A stretch of DNA of 64,000 nt from Octopus sinensis (lineage: Eukaryota), in contig NC_043005.1 of the NCBI RefSeq assembly GCF_006345805.1, positions 64,542,001 through 64,606,000 of the forward strand. The letters are read 5' to 3'. The notes beneath the pieces are model-generated. The model was not told the DNA's origin and did not search any database. It saw only the letters and a program-made list of their open reading frames with translations. This document shows, in pieces, positions 24,674 through 38,263 of the stretch. Made by a program: the position numbers and the translations under genes. Numbering within the stretch: position 1 is the stretch's first letter; each line of letters starts with the position of its first letter.

Positions 24674-25750
24674 TCCATTTCCATTCTCAGTGTCCATCCT
24701 ATCATATATATATATATATTTATAAGTAAATCATTTTGTTGTCAAAATATTTTAACATATTGTCTTGGGGTGATAAGCTCTTTTGTTGACATTTTATTTT
24801 AATTCCTTCTGTCTTCATTGAATATTCACCCATGACATGTGCCTTGCTTACACATAATAAAATTGTATATAGTCTTACTTGAATGTATATCAATACATCA
24901 CACCAACTGAGCTATTCCTATTTCGGTTATACTCCATACTCTATTGCAATGCAAACAGACATTAGAATGAATATTCTAATAAAATGGATTTGCAAGCAAG
25001 CAATAATAAAGATATCTAAATCATAACAAATTGCTTATATCCATTTTCCCCATGCTAGCATAGTGGTATCCTTTTTACTGCAAGCCACTATGAAAGTTAA
25101 TGTAGATTGCATTAACAATCAAATACATTAAAAGCAGGAAAAATTATGTCTCTTTTACACAGACAAACCATATTGGAAGATTTAGTAGAATGAAAGTCAA
25201 GAGCATGTGCTTAATACAGAGCATTAACTTAAAGCCACTGCCATGTTTAACTTATCTAACAATTCTCAGCCCAATTCTAAAATCAAAGTGTCATTTCTCA
25301 CATGGAAGTCTAACTACAATTGAATTGAGTAAGCTTATATTTAGTCTAAATAGGAATTTCTATATAGAAAATACTTATCTACAAGCACATGTACAAAGCC
25401 TATATAACAAATCTTCCAAAGGAAGCTATTCCTACTTCAGTTGAAGTCATTTGACCAAAAGAGCATGGTCTCCAGAGATTCTTTGTAAATCCTGCTTAGA
25501 TTTACCAGTGAGTGTAGGGTAAAAATTTTGATATCTGACCAAAAACTGATTTCAACTGATCAATTAAAATTTCAAAATAAAATTGGTGGATAAACTTGCA
25601 TTAAATGAAAAAAGAAACACATTAAAAACGTATTTATAATTAGTTAGACTTACGCATAGTCGCAATGTGTTTGTAAACTATGATACTGAAGTGATCTCAG
25701 CATGATTAATGGTTAGCCTCAATGATTGCTAACTTGTGTTTAAGGTTATA

Positions 25751-26140
25751 CTAGCAGTATTGCCCAGCATTGCTCGGGTTTGTTTCGAGCCTTTAAAATT
25801 GGAATTTTTCAAAAGTGAAAATTTTGCATTATGTAGCTTGTTATTCTCTTTAAGTGAACGTTTTTTTGGTTGAAATACACCAAAAAAAGGTGACACAGCA
25901 GTCAAAAAATCGTAAAAAGTAGGGATTTTCATAGAAAAAAAGCACCTTTTTGATGTAAATAATTTTTGGTGTTAACATGGTCCGATTTGAATTTTTTCTT
26001 CTACGGAAGGAAGAGCAAGCCTTCTTCTATCATACTCTATTTTGGTCAACTTGCGCCGCAGGGTCTCGGAGGAGACAGTGTTAGTTGAAGGCTACCAAGC
26101 CTGCTATACACAGACAACTTCAGCTTTATATATATAGAGA
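25751..26140 (-). mobile_element. Non-autonomous Helitron
   Basis: On minus strand: A|TCTCTATATATATAAAGCTG...CCCGAGCAATGCTGGGCAATACTGCTAG|T, giving 5' TC, subterminal hairpin, 3' CTAG and insertion at A|T. Confidence 0.8.
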
Positions 26141-26395
26141 TTATATCCAGGAATACATTATCCTCGATGCAGATATCCCATTCCCTTTATCAAGACAGCT
26201 GAGTGTGATTTGTTGTAGATGTTGCTGCTGTCCTAGCAGCTTAAGTAGAGAACTACTTTAAGGATTAAATGCATTTATGCACATGGTGGATATTCCCTAT
26301 TTTGGAGATGTGAGGAGATAATTTTCTATTTGTCTAGTATTAGTAGCTGTTATTAATACTATAACTTTTTGAAACAAAGTTAGTTATATGAAGAT

Positions 26396-26555
26396 TCATC
26401 ATCATCATCGTTTAACGTCCGCTTTCCATGCTAGCATGGGTTGGACGATTTAGACTGAGGGCTGGTGAACCAGATGGCTGCACCAGGCTCCAATCTTGAT
26501 CTGGCAGAGTTTCTGCAGCTGGATGCCCTTCCTAATGCCAACCACTCTAAGAGTA
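26396..26555 (-). mobile_element. RTE-tail repeat (family C)
   Basis: (cat)n tail plus family core. Confidence 0.85.
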
Positions 26556-26952
26556 GTCATTATGAAAATTGTAACAATGTCATAATTTCACATTATTCTA
26601 GTATGATAACAGTGTAATATTGTTAGTAGGACAGATAGGGAGGAAGATGAGAGAAAATAAAATAAGACAAAATAAAATAAAGTAAAACAATATAAGATAT
26701 AATGAAAAGTAGTGGAGTAGAAGGAGGTTTAATTTTCTGTAATAGGTACATGGATAGAAACATTTTTTAAAAGTTCACAAATAGGCACAGCTGCAGCTGT
26801 GAGTTAAGAAGCTTGCTTCCCTACCACATGGCTCTGGGTTCAGTCCCACTGCATGACACCTTGGGCAAGTGTCTTCTACTATGGCCTAGGGCTGACCAAA
26901 GCCTTGTGAGTGGATTCGGCAGACGAAAGTGAAAGAAGCCTACATATATATT

Positions 26953-27163
26953 TTCAAAATGTGACCTCGTGTGTACCATTGGCGATTTTTTTTCCTCTGT
27001 CTTCCCTTCTCTGGATCTTTCATTCTCCTATGTTTCCGATGAAGAGCTCCGCTCGAAACGTTAAACCCTCCTTCTTTCCTTCTTTCCTGAGCGTCCAATA
27101 ATACTATATTTGTTCCACATCTTCACGTTGTTGTGTTTTTTTGTTATTTTCTTGTTTGGATTA

Positions 27164-27170
<7 letters not shown>
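26953..27170 (+). mobile_element. (TA)n-anchored repeat with hammerhead-like motif
   Basis: gttt-ccgatga-a-gagc(tcc)gctc-gaaa-cgtt-aaac at about 27031-27066; homologous to 12139-12340. Confidence 0.7.
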
Positions 27171-27212
<42 letters not shown>

Positions 27213-27228
27213 AATATATATATATTTA

Positions 27229-27402
27229 CTACACTCTCAGAGTGGTTGGCGTTAGGAAGGGCATCCAGCTGTAGAAACTTTGCCAGATAAGACCGGAGCC
27301 TGGTGCAGCCTTCTGGCTTCCCAGATCCCCGGTCGAACCGTCCAACCCATGCTAGCATGGAAAACGGACGTTAAACGATGATGATGATGATGATGATGAT
27401 GA
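27229..27402 (+). mobile_element. RTE-tail repeat (family C)
   Basis: Ends ggacgttaaacga(tga)n. Confidence 0.88.
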
Positions 27403-27565
27403 TATATTAATTATAATAAAGGGTTAATTGCAACAGGTTGCTCAAAACCACATACCAAAAATTAATATAATCCTTACCAAATATGGTCTTTTCCATACCG
27501 ATAAAACTACTAGGTGAAATTTATTAATTTTATTAAATTAATCATATTTCACCCTTTTTGTATGT

Positions 27566-27600
<35 letters not shown>

Positions 27601-28236
27601 ATGTGTGTGTATGTATATATGTATGTATGTATATATGTGTATGTATATATCTGTGTGTGTGTCTTTGTGTCTGTGTTTGACTTCCCCTATCACTGCTTGA
27701 TAACCAATGTTGTTGTGTTTACATCCTTGTAACTTAGTGATTTGGCGAAAGAGACTGATAGAATCAGTACTAGGCTCAAGAAATAAGTCCTGGGATTGAT
27801 TTGATCGACTAAAACCCTTCAAGGCAGTGCTTCAGCACAGCCACAGTCAAGTGACTAAAACAAAGAAAAAATAAAAGAATAAAAGAAAAATATAAAAGCC
27901 TTAAAGATTTGTGGATATAAAAGTTTATAACTTTAAGGATGTATAACAGGTTTATGGCTACACAAGTATATAGAGAGTAGATAAACAGTCAGTTAGATAG
28001 GGAGATAGTTAGGTAGACAGATAGATTGAGCAAAAGATGACAGATAGATAGATTAGTAGATAGACAGATAGATAGTTCAGTAATAGATAGAATGATAGAT
28101 AGTTTACTCTATGCATGGTGTGTGACCTGGTGTGAGCTTTGTTGGTAGGTGTTATATCTTATTTACTGAGCACTTTTGAATTGGTGATGCTTCTTCAAAC
28201 GTTTTTAATCCTTATTTTCTGCTGTGGCATGCATAT

Positions 28237-28465
28237 CTATTTCTTTACTACCCACAAGGGGCTAAACACAGAGGGGACAAACACGGACAGACAAACGGAT
28301 TAAGTCGATTATATCGACCCCAGTGCATAACTGGTACTTATCTAATCGACCCCGAAAGGATGAAAGGCAAAGTCGACCTTGGCAGAATTTGAACTCACAA
28401 CGTAGTGGCAGACGAAATACTGCTAAACATTTCGCCCGGCGTGCTAACATTTCTGCCAGCTCGCC
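28237..28465 (-). mobile_element. SINE family B, full length
   Basis: Reverse complement aligns with 61133-61364. Confidence 0.9.
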
Positions 28466-28767
28466 TGGCATACCATTGGCCAGAAGACATCTTCACCTTA
28501 GTGTGAAGGAACATCTCTACATGGCCATATTGTCCAATACTATGTTCCAATACCACCAACACTGTGATGGGGATTACTCCACCTGCACAATAGCAAGTGG
28601 GGAAGGATGCAATTAGCCTCAGGATTATAGAGGCACACTTTATTAAGAAGCAAGCTCCTAACCTGAACCACTGAAATGAGCTGGAACCATGGAAACACAT
28701 CTACCACTTCCAGGATCTTTAATCATGAAAGAATGTAAAACTAACCAACTCAAAAGTAAAGATTAAA

Positions 28768-28806
28768 AAGTCTGATGAAGAATCATCAATTCAAAAGCGC
28801 TCACTT
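28768..28806 (+). ncRNA. Minimal hammerhead-like motif, G12 to A
   Basis: AAGU-CUGAUGA-A-GAAU(CAUCA)AUUC-AAAA-GCGC-UC^-ACUU, just downstream of the GIY-YIG remnant. Confidence 0.7.
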
Positions 28807-29784
28807 AATAAGCTATAACATTCATCAACAAGATTCACCCCAGGTTACATGCCATTTACAGGATGAACAGTCTATCTTTCTCTCTACCTACTGAACAATC
28901 TGTCTGTCTGTCTGTATGTCTGTCTGTCTATATATATATATATATCTACCTGTCAATCCATCTATCTAGTTATATATCCACCTACCAATTGGCCTCTCTG
29001 TCTATCTCTTGACCTATTGTCTGTCTATTTATCTTCCTATCTACTTTTATACCTACTTGTATATCCATAAACCTTTTATACATCCTTAAACTATTAAAAC
29101 TTTTATGTCCACAAACCATTAAAGATTTTATATTTGTGAACTTTTAAAATATTTCTATATCCATAAATCTAATGCAAAAAATTAAACTTTTAATCTACTA
29201 TTTTTGTTATATTTCATATTGTTTTACTTTATTTTATTGTATTTCATTTTCCTCCTTTAATTGTGTGTTTCCTATTTTATTTTATCGTATTTTTTTTCTA
29301 CCATCTTCTTCCCTACCTATCCTACTAAGGGCATCACTCTGTTACCATACTAAAATCTAATCATGTTGCCTGAGATACATCAACACATTAATTTCAATTG
29401 AATATTGCTTGAGATGAGTTGATTATGTGTTGAGCTATGTAAAGTTAATGATTTGAAACACTTATTAAAAAATTTATTTAATGCTACAGTTTCATATATA
29501 AGTATTATAATAGATGTGATGAATATTTTTTTAATTCATTTAAAAAGTTTCAAATTATTTTGTTCAAACTCATAAATCAATCACAACAATTGCAGAATAG
29601 GGAAAAGAAGAATTAAATGATTTATCTTGTATTATAAAAACAGACTAGTTGAAATTTATAGTGTTTAAATGACCGAACGATATGTTTATAAATAAATTTT
29701 CAAAAAAGTGACATGTAAAATAGTCAGAAGTGCACTCTGAAGATAGGGCAAGAGTTATTATAAAACATTAAAATTTTATATTAC

Positions 29785-29907
29785 CTGATCACCCCACTCA
29801 TTGATAATAGGCATATTGATGTCATCAATAAATATAGTGAGTCTTTTTCCAGCTGGGGGGCCATATGTTGTACCCATTCTTTTTTCCACATAACTTTCCA
29901 TAGTACG
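29785..29907 (-). CDS. DNAH5: Dynein heavy chain exon (AAA3 Walker B FIDD)
   Basis: tttcag|CGT; [41 protein letters not shown]; donor CAG|GTAATA; 123 nt. Confidence 0.95.
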
Positions 29908-32493
29908 CTGAAAAAGGAATTTTTAATGTTCTTTAGTTCATCTTAGTGATCGTTGGTGAGACCTTCCAAGAACCTCACATTTAATACCACATAATATTTC
30001 TCAAGTTTTACTATTGTGCATTATTAGATGACACAATATATGAACTGACACAAAATAAAATATTTTTTACTCTAAATTCTATCAAAGTTCCATAGTTGTA
30101 CTCAACCATTACATGACCAATATCTTCTGCTTTTGTCTCATTCTGTCAGAGATTATGCTAAACATCTTGCTAAAATTAAAGAAATTTACCCATTTTATGC
30201 TTGTTGTATAATCCATAACAATTCTAGGTGAAAATTGATTGAATTTACATCATCTAATTAATCCTGTTTTTATAGTTAGCTCTTAAGCTGGAAGGATGTG
30301 TCTCTGGCCCTCTTATTACAAATCTTTGCTTCTCATGAGTTGCATATAAAACAGTGGAAATAATACCTGAAACGAGCTTTCAATTAACAGCAACACTTTA
30401 TTCTTCTGTTAAATAAAACTATACAGTGAACCAGATTAATACACCACAAAAACTGCCATCTGTAGGACATCATACATAGTTCGCTTTTCAACTCAGTCAA
30501 ACTTGGTTACATGTGCTTCAGCAGGAACAAAATTAGTGTAACTTAGCTTCTTGAAAACAAAATCTCCCCTCTGAATTAAAATGTAAAACCTCATGTTATT
30601 CATTAACAAAAAGGGGCTCAAACGAGCATTTTTAATCTGCCACTTTTGGTGCTCTATTGTGCAATACGATTGGATATGAGCTCAGTATCCCATGTAAATC
30701 CAAATGCCTGACTTGACAAAGTATTTCAGCATCATGATTGGTCACACAAACAATCATTAGAGACTTATGCATGGAGCCTTCTTTCGATTATTTAAATCTA
30801 AAACATGCTATTATGAAATTAATCTCGCTACTGCTCTATTCTTATATTTAGCTCAGTTCTTGCAGACAGATCTGTTCTTTTGAAGGACATCACCTGAAAC
30901 ATTAGTATTCTTAACACCAGCTTATGATAGAACTGGACATCCTTCATTTTGTTTTATTAAGTCACCAATTCTGGGGACAATGCATAACCTCCTCAAACAA
31001 ACTACCAGCTCAATATCATGCAAAAGAACTGTTAAACAATATCAGCCTCAACTTCACAGCTTATTAATTTTGAAAAAAAAAAGAAAGAAAAACCCCAAAA
31101 ACAAACAAAAAAAAACTAACACAAAAGCTGATTATTACAATACAAACTACAGCACTATTTCATCTCTATCAAAGACTAGATTCTGGTCTAATTCAAAATA
31201 ATTGCTACTTTAAACTTAATCTCAGTAAATACTTTGTTCAAGGTTTTAATAATCAACCAGAATAAATATCAGTAAAATCAGCTGCTGAAATATTTTAAGT
31301 AGAGTAAAGAGAATTGTTCCCTGGTAAGAAAAGAATAAATAGAATGAAATTTATTGTATTACTTGATAGTTAATTAAATAAATGTCTTTCGCAGCATGAA
31401 CAGTAAAGTCAACGTTGGCATGATTTGAAGTCAGAACTAGAAGGAGCGAACTAAATGATGTTTGCCATTTAATCAAACTTTTTACTATTCCTGGAAATTC
31501 ATCACATCAAGTAAACAATAATTTTAAGACCAGGTATTTTGAAAGAACAACATCAGAGCTTGGCAGTTCCTTATTTTGTCAATGCTAGAAGGATGAAATG
31601 CAAAGTTGAACTTAGCAGAACTTCAACTCAGAAGAAAAGGAGTACAACAATACTGTATACCATTTCATTTGGCCATTTAGAATCACAGTAATTAACTACA
31701 TTCTTGGCAAGAAATAATGTCAACTCAGTATTTAATGACACTGCCTTCAGTACAAAAAGGTGGGTGGACGGACGGACGGACGGATGGACGGACGGATGGA
31801 TGGATGGATGGACAGACTGACAGACAGATAGATAAACACACACAATGACATATTTATTCTTAATATATCTCGCAGAATCAATCGTAATTATGCTAACTGC
31901 TGTAGTATTTTCTCTTCAGAGAACACCTTCTGGATTCATTGACATAAGGTGACTGTGAGACACTGCGGTGTTTCAACCTTGTTGCATCTCTTTAGTCAAA
32001 ATTACCTTCTGATCACTGAATCTAAACAAGAGCGAGTGCATTTGTTTATAGAAATCAACAAATTATTTATTGATGCATGCCAAACTGATAACAAATCATC
32101 ATGTACACAAAGAACAGTGAGAATCAAAACAATGAAATACATATTCATTCTTAGTATATTTCAGCAAATTCAAATGTGAATATGCTAACTGCTATTATAT
32201 TTTGTTGAGAATTTTTTATATCAAATAACATGCTAATATCTAACAAAACCATGTGCAAGAATGATGTGGTAAGGTGCTAATTGAATACTCTAAATTCTAC
32301 AGTTTGTATCTAATGAGTGACATTTATGAGCTGCCAAGGAAAGAAGAGCTCTTCAACTGAGTTAGTTATTATATAATAAAATTACATCTGAAGCTGTGTT
32401 GTAGTTTCAACAGGCATTTAAATAGGCAATAAACCACCCCAACTTCTGTTTTTTGTTTTTTTTAATAATAAAAACAAAAAAATTCCAGCTTAC

Positions 32494-32604
32494 TTGAAAC
32501 ATTAATGGAGTTGAAGCACTGGAAAAGCTAAAACTCTTGAAAAGGTGTTCTTCTGGATTGTATTTACTGCAATAGGCTTGCACCATGACAGTCTTCGCAG
32601 TTCC
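32494..32604 (-). CDS. DNAH5: Dynein heavy chain exon (completes AAA3 Walker A GEQGTAKT)
   Basis: ctcag|GGA; [37 protein letters not shown]; donor CAA|GTAAGC; 111 nt. Confidence 0.95.
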
Positions 32605-33731
32605 CTGAGAACAAATGAAACTATTTTAGAGATATCAAAATTCAAAACAAGTAATAATTTTCCAGGTTATTTCTGAGAAACTGATCATTTAGAAAAATAT
32701 TTTCTTGTCAATGTGTAATTTTAGGAACAGTATCAGGTGTACAGTAATTTTAATGACAACACAATGTGCCGAACAAAAGGGAAAGTTGCATTTAATAGTA
32801 GCATTTATATTTTCACCTGAAAAAGGGACTCGATATACATGGTCTCGTTGCAGTTAAAATAAAGGTTTGGAGAAAGTTAATGAATATTACTGGGAGGAAT
32901 ATATCAAAAATAATTCAAGACAGAAACACCAGTGACACAATAAGGATGATAATAATAATAATAAAAAGCAATGAAAATTAAGATACTATATTTATAAGTA
33001 GAAATATTGCAGTGACTTATAAGTTCACTCTGAATATACAGCCTTGGGAAACAGCAACTGAATCAATGAAATGATTAATTAACCAAGAAGTTGTATACTT
33101 TCATAAATTAAATGAGTGTTAAACAGATAAATGACACTGACTATCAGTAGGATTAACTGAGAGGATGTAAAATTAAGAATTGCTCGTAAAAACACAAAAT
33201 GTGATATCAGAATTTATCAACTGGTGGTTGCCTCTCAGATGGATAATTAGAGAGAAGTGATGAGATAACAGAATTAGAATGAATAATGTGTAGTTTTTCT
33301 TTTAGCCTCATGTTTTTGAATGAATTCATGAAAGGGTCAAGGAAGTCTGTCATCATACAGATCAGTTAAGAACCTGTAATACTACAGGTGAGAAGGAGAA
33401 AAAATTGTCCAGTGATTAGAGAAGGAGCCAACAAACTGAGAAGTTGGTGGTTTATGCCCCCTCTCCAGCAGTGTGTTAAGTCTGTAACCAAGATAGTTAA
33501 CTCTAAAATAGCAGATTTTATGAACAACTTACCATATAAGCAGCAGCATTGTGAAAGTGATGTGTGTTTTATAGGAGTACAATTCTACCAGTGACAGAAA
33601 AGCAGTTTACTGAGGTAGATATTTGTCTCACAATTGCCTGATGTTGCAGAAAGCAAAGATCAGCACACTCCATTGGACTATGAAGGTTAATGAAAAGTGT
33701 CCTGATACTATTGGTGTGAACATATATTATA

Positions 33732-34240
33732 ATCATCATCCTTTAACATCTGTTTTCCATGTTGGCATGGGTTGGACAGTTTGACCAGAGCCGGCAAACA
33801 AGAGAGCTTCACCAGGTTCCAGTCTGATTCGGTTTGGTTTCCATGGCTGAATGCCCTTCCTAACGCCAACCACTTTACAGTGTGTGCAGGATACTTACAA
33901 AGTGGCACCAGCACATGTGCTTTTACATGGTGCTGGTGTAAGTGCTTTTTATGTGGCACCAGCACAAGACTCTTGCAGGCCAATCCTTTCACCAAGGGAT
34001 GTGACCGTAACACCTTTGCTGTGGAGAACAGATTTTCTTGAGTACATCAAGGTGCCAGGTATCTCAGTCCTTTATCATCTTGTCTGAAATGTTCAGCAGA
34101 CTGAGGTTCTCCTTCAGCACTTCATCCCATGTCTTCCTAGGTCTCTCTCTTCCATGAATTCCATCCACTTTTAGAGATCAGTACTTCTTTCTGAAGCTGT
34201 TGGCATCCCTCCACATCACAAGACCAAATCAGCACAATCT
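33732..34240 (-). mobile_element. Longer 5'-truncated RTE LINE copy
   Basis: Family C tail plus sequence homologous to the 21800-21980 RT end (tcatcccatgtcttcctaggtct). Confidence 0.75.
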
Positions 34241-35024
34241 TCATGGAGAATATTAAATACTAATACTGGTTTTCAACTAACTATCATTTGATGAAAATAC
34301 AGCAATTCTATCACTTAAAACATTTAAATAAAATGTAGGAATAAAAATTAATGGAACAGTTTTTGAGTTGTGAGATCACCTCTATTACTACTATTTCAAT
34401 ATGTTTCAAGGTAACAAATCCATTTGTATCTGCATATACAATATGAGAATGAGAATAAATTCTGTGGAATTTTATCTAAATTATGTGTTTTTTGGCATCA
34501 TCACGATACAACCACTACAAACTTGAACAAGAAAAGTCTTGAACACACATAAATGCATCCCCCAGCTTATATACAAATGCTATACTTCACAATATTCTAC
34601 AAACTCTCATAGTAACCTCCCTCCCTCCCCCTCTATTTCTTACACACCCAATCATACATACATACATGCATACATACATACGTACATACATACATACATA
34701 CATACATATATACATACATACATACATACATACATGCATACATACCATTATTCTATCCAAACTATCCAGATCATAAGTTCAGGTTTATACCTGTAATTAT
34801 TGGGATGCTGAGATATGTAACACACTCCCTAAATACCAATATCAAGAACATAGGCTTCTCGAAACCAGAAGGGAGAAAGCTGATTTGAAGATTACAAATC
34901 CAAGCCATCACTGGAACTATCTAGAAGTTTATCATTTAATTATATATATGAGCATGTCAAGACATGCAGCTATGCATGAAAATACATACATAAAACAAAA
35001 CATACAAATCTGCACGCACACACA

Positions 35025-35068
<44 letters not shown>

Positions 35069-35226
35069 ACACACACATACATACATACATACATACAAAA
35101 AATACACTGGTGATGTTGTTGAAATTCCAATGAAGGAGCCTTGGATCTCAGTTAGAAACCAGCTCTTTCTCTATTGGTAAGAAATCTTGAAATAAAACTG
35201 AATAATGACACACACACACACACACG

Positions 35227-35268
<42 letters not shown>

Positions 35269-35448
35269 AAGAGAGAAGATGGAGATAAGATTAATAAAAA
35301 TTTATTAATATATCTATTAATGCATGAATAATTTATTAAACAATTGTATGTCTGGTCAATGTATTAATAAATTTTTATTAATCTTATCTCCATTTTTTTC
35401 TGTGTTTCTATAATAATAATATATATATGTGCATGCCTATATTATAAG

Positions 35449-35833
35449 GATGGCTGATCCCTCTTATGTTATAGAGCAGTTACTGTTTATATCTCGCCCA
35501 GAGATTTATTATTGTTTTCGAACAGATTTTCTACACCAGTGACTGTGGTTACTGTGAAAATCTATATATATCCAGCCTGCAGAGGAAGTCCCTCAACGAA
35601 GAGCGGTGCTTACCATACGTTGACAAGAGGCAGTAACCTCGAAACCGGTCCGTGTGTAGTATCCGTATCTTCGGGGAGGTTGATCTCCCTTTGCTGGCTG
35701 GCAAGGACACCGAGATGGTGTCAGCTCTTCTGGTGACGTCGATGTTCGCCTGGGGCTAAATGCATCAGTAACACCCCCACCACCCCGCCCTGACCCTAGC
35801 CACATTCAGATGGCTGATCCCTCTTATGTTATA
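35449..35833 (+). mobile_element. 360-bp unit bounded by 25-bp direct repeats, in (TA)n, with a hammerhead-like motif
   Basis: gatggctgatccctcttatgttata at 35449 and 35809. Confidence 0.8.
35614..35656 (+). ncRNA. Minimal hammerhead-like motif with degenerate CUGANGA
   Basis: CAUACG-UUGACAA-GAGG(CAGUAA)CCUC-GAAA-CCGG-UC^-CGUGUG. Confidence 0.7.
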
Positions 35834-36081
35834 TATATATATATAGAAAAATATATATGCATATATTTTTTATTCATCATATATAAATATATATGTATAT
35901 ATATCAGGTAGTAAAGAAATTCTGTTTTGTTTCCTTTTAAGTAAATATCTACTTAAATCTTAAAGTGTTTAACTTCTCAGTTCTGTTTTAAAATATGGCA
36001 AAATCGTTTGTATATAATTTTCTTTCATTTTCTTTCACATTTCGTCAATTGTATCATAAGTGAAGTTGTTGTATTGGACCC

Positions 36082-36520
36082 ATGTTGACTCCGATCAAAG
36101 AACATATTCATCACTTTATTCTTTAGGAATTACAATAAGGCAACAGTGCAGGTGTAGCAGCAAAATCACTCCAAAAGACTTACGGTGATGGCATAGTGAC
36201 TGACAGAACATGCAGAAGATGGTTTCCATGAGTCAGGAATGAAGACTACCACCTGTTGGATGAATCAAGAGAGGCATCCAAGGGTATTAAATCCTGATAT
36301 ATTGAAAGTTACCACTGAAGTAAACCCAGCTGTTACAGTTTAGAAACTAAGCACCGGCTTCAATGTGAGCCATACAGCTATTCTTCACAAACTGAAAAGA
36401 ATTGGTAAAGTGACAAAGTTTCGAAAATGGATCACACATGATCTCTCTGCAGAGATGGTTGCAAACAATACATTGACTGCTGTGCATCATTACGATCATA
36501 TGAGCTACAAGTGCTTTTTT
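36082..36520 (+). mobile_element. Old mariner transposase fragment
   Basis: KEHIHHFIL...YGDGIVTDRTCRRWF...KWITHDLS (WVPHEL-like). Confidence 0.65.
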
Positions 36521-36761
36521 TTACCTTAATGTTATGCAAAAATGCCAGATGAGAAAAACTAAAACAGCATTGCATTTTATTACATGGAGATAAAATAAAG
36601 AAATGCAGAATCAACTTTCAAATATAAAAGATAAACAGAACAACTAACAATGTCAAGAGAGTAGAAACACCGTTGGATAAAACTTCAAACTGTTTCGTTA
36701 AACTTTATGAGACAAATGCAAAACATAAGGATATATATAACGACACATAACATATAATATA

Positions 36762-38263
36762 CAGAGTGTGGACAATATTTGAGGACACATGCATTTTTAG
36801 TCATTTTATTTTAATAATTTTTATTGAACTTCAGTTTCAGAAAATGACAAGGACAGGTTCTATTTTTACTAATGATTGTTACCAGCGTCGCCTTACTGGC
36901 ACTTGTAAAAACATTTGAGCAAGGTCATTGCCGGTACCGCCTGACTGGCCCCCATGTCGGTGGCATGTAAAAGCACCCACTACACTCTCGGAGTGGTTGA
37001 CGTTAGGAAGGGCATCCAGCTGTAGAAACTCTGCTAGATCAAGATGGGAGTCTGGTGCAGCCATCTGGTTCGCCAGCCCTCAGTCAAAATCGTCCAACCC
37101 ATGTTAGCATGGAAAGCGGACGTTAAACGATGATGATGATGATGATGAAATGAAAAGGCATGCTGTGATTGTGGCTTTGAAAGCTGAGCATGGTGATTTA
37201 GAAATTTTGTAAGATCTTTTGTTCACAAGATTCGGTATGAGTTAGAGAAAGAGGATGGAGATGTATTACTGGTATCAAAGCATGAAAAACATTCCCAACA
37301 CTCTGATGCTATCAGGACACTTGAATTTATTTAGGAAGTTTAGCAAAACATTGAAGATAATCCAGAAAAATCAATGAGGTCAATTGCAAAAAAATTTTGT
37401 GTGTCAGAAAAAAACAATCAGAAATGTTGTGCACGAAGACATCAGAAACAAATCTTACACGATGAGGAGAGGTCAATTCATGCCAGAAAAAAAAAAAGAA
37501 AACTGTTTAATCAGATCCAAACGACTTCTGAACAAACTTAAATATCCACTAGAAGATGGTGAGATTTGGTTTTTCTCAGATGAGAAAAACTTTGAACAGG
37601 ACCAGAAAGCTAACAGAAGAAATGACAGATGGCTATGTGCAGACCCTTCTGAGGTTCCAAGAGTAATGCAAACAAAATTTCCTGCAAGTTTCATGGTTTT
37701 GGGTGTTGTTAAGCAATGAAGGATATGTGATGCCTCCTCACTTTTTTTCCACAAGGCCTTAGGATGAATGCTGCTGCATATATTGAGGTTCTGGATAAAG
37801 TTGTTAAACCTTGGGTCAACAGCATATGCAATGGAAGGTCTTAAGATTCTGCACCATCACACAAGGCTCAAATGACACAAGAATGGATGGCCAACAATTT
37901 GCATGATTACATCACCCCCCTACACTTAGCCTCCTAATTCTATAGATCTCAATCAACTGGACTACTATTTATAGGGCATCATTGAGAAAAATGTCAATGG
38001 GCACGCCCATAGCACCAAAGATTCTTCGAAAGCTGCCATAGTTCAAGTTGTGTCCAATACAAACAAGGACCACTTAATCTGAGCTTGTAAATGATTTCGA
38101 CCCTGCACAGAGTCAGTTATTGATGCTTATGGTGGTTTTATTGGATGAAATTACTAAATTGATAATTCAGCTTTATGTTTTTGTTATTTTCCTAAAGATA
38201 CAGTTTTTTCCTGTTATCATACAAGCATTATATTAAAACCATAAATCTGTTCTCAAATACTAT
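36762..38263 (+). mobile_element. maT/DD37D-like Tc1-mariner element, defective
   Basis: FFSDEKNF...RRNDRWL...KFPASFMVLGVV; DSAPSH; PPNSIDLNQLDY. Left TIR cagagtgtggacaatatttgaggaca, partial right TIR tgttctcaaatactatc. Confidence 0.85.
36879..37147 (+). mobile_element. RTE-tail repeat (family C) inserted at the start of the maT transposase
   Basis: Ends gacgttaaacga(tga)n directly before aaatgaaaaggcatgct. Confidence 0.88.

Larger units (their letters stand above)
26784..27870 (+). mobile_element. SINE family A split by nested insertions
   Basis: Head at 26784-26950 and tail at 27575-27870, separated at the internal microsatellite. Confidence 0.75.
26590..29365 (+). mobile_element. Old Penelope-like element with inverted terminal arms and nested insertions
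   Basis: Right arm 28760-29365 is the reverse complement of the interrupted left arm (26590-26780, 27890-28212). Centre 28480-28685 encodes RRHLHLSVKEHL...LRIIEAHFIKKQAPNLN, resembling a GIY-YIG C-terminus. Confidence 0.7.
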
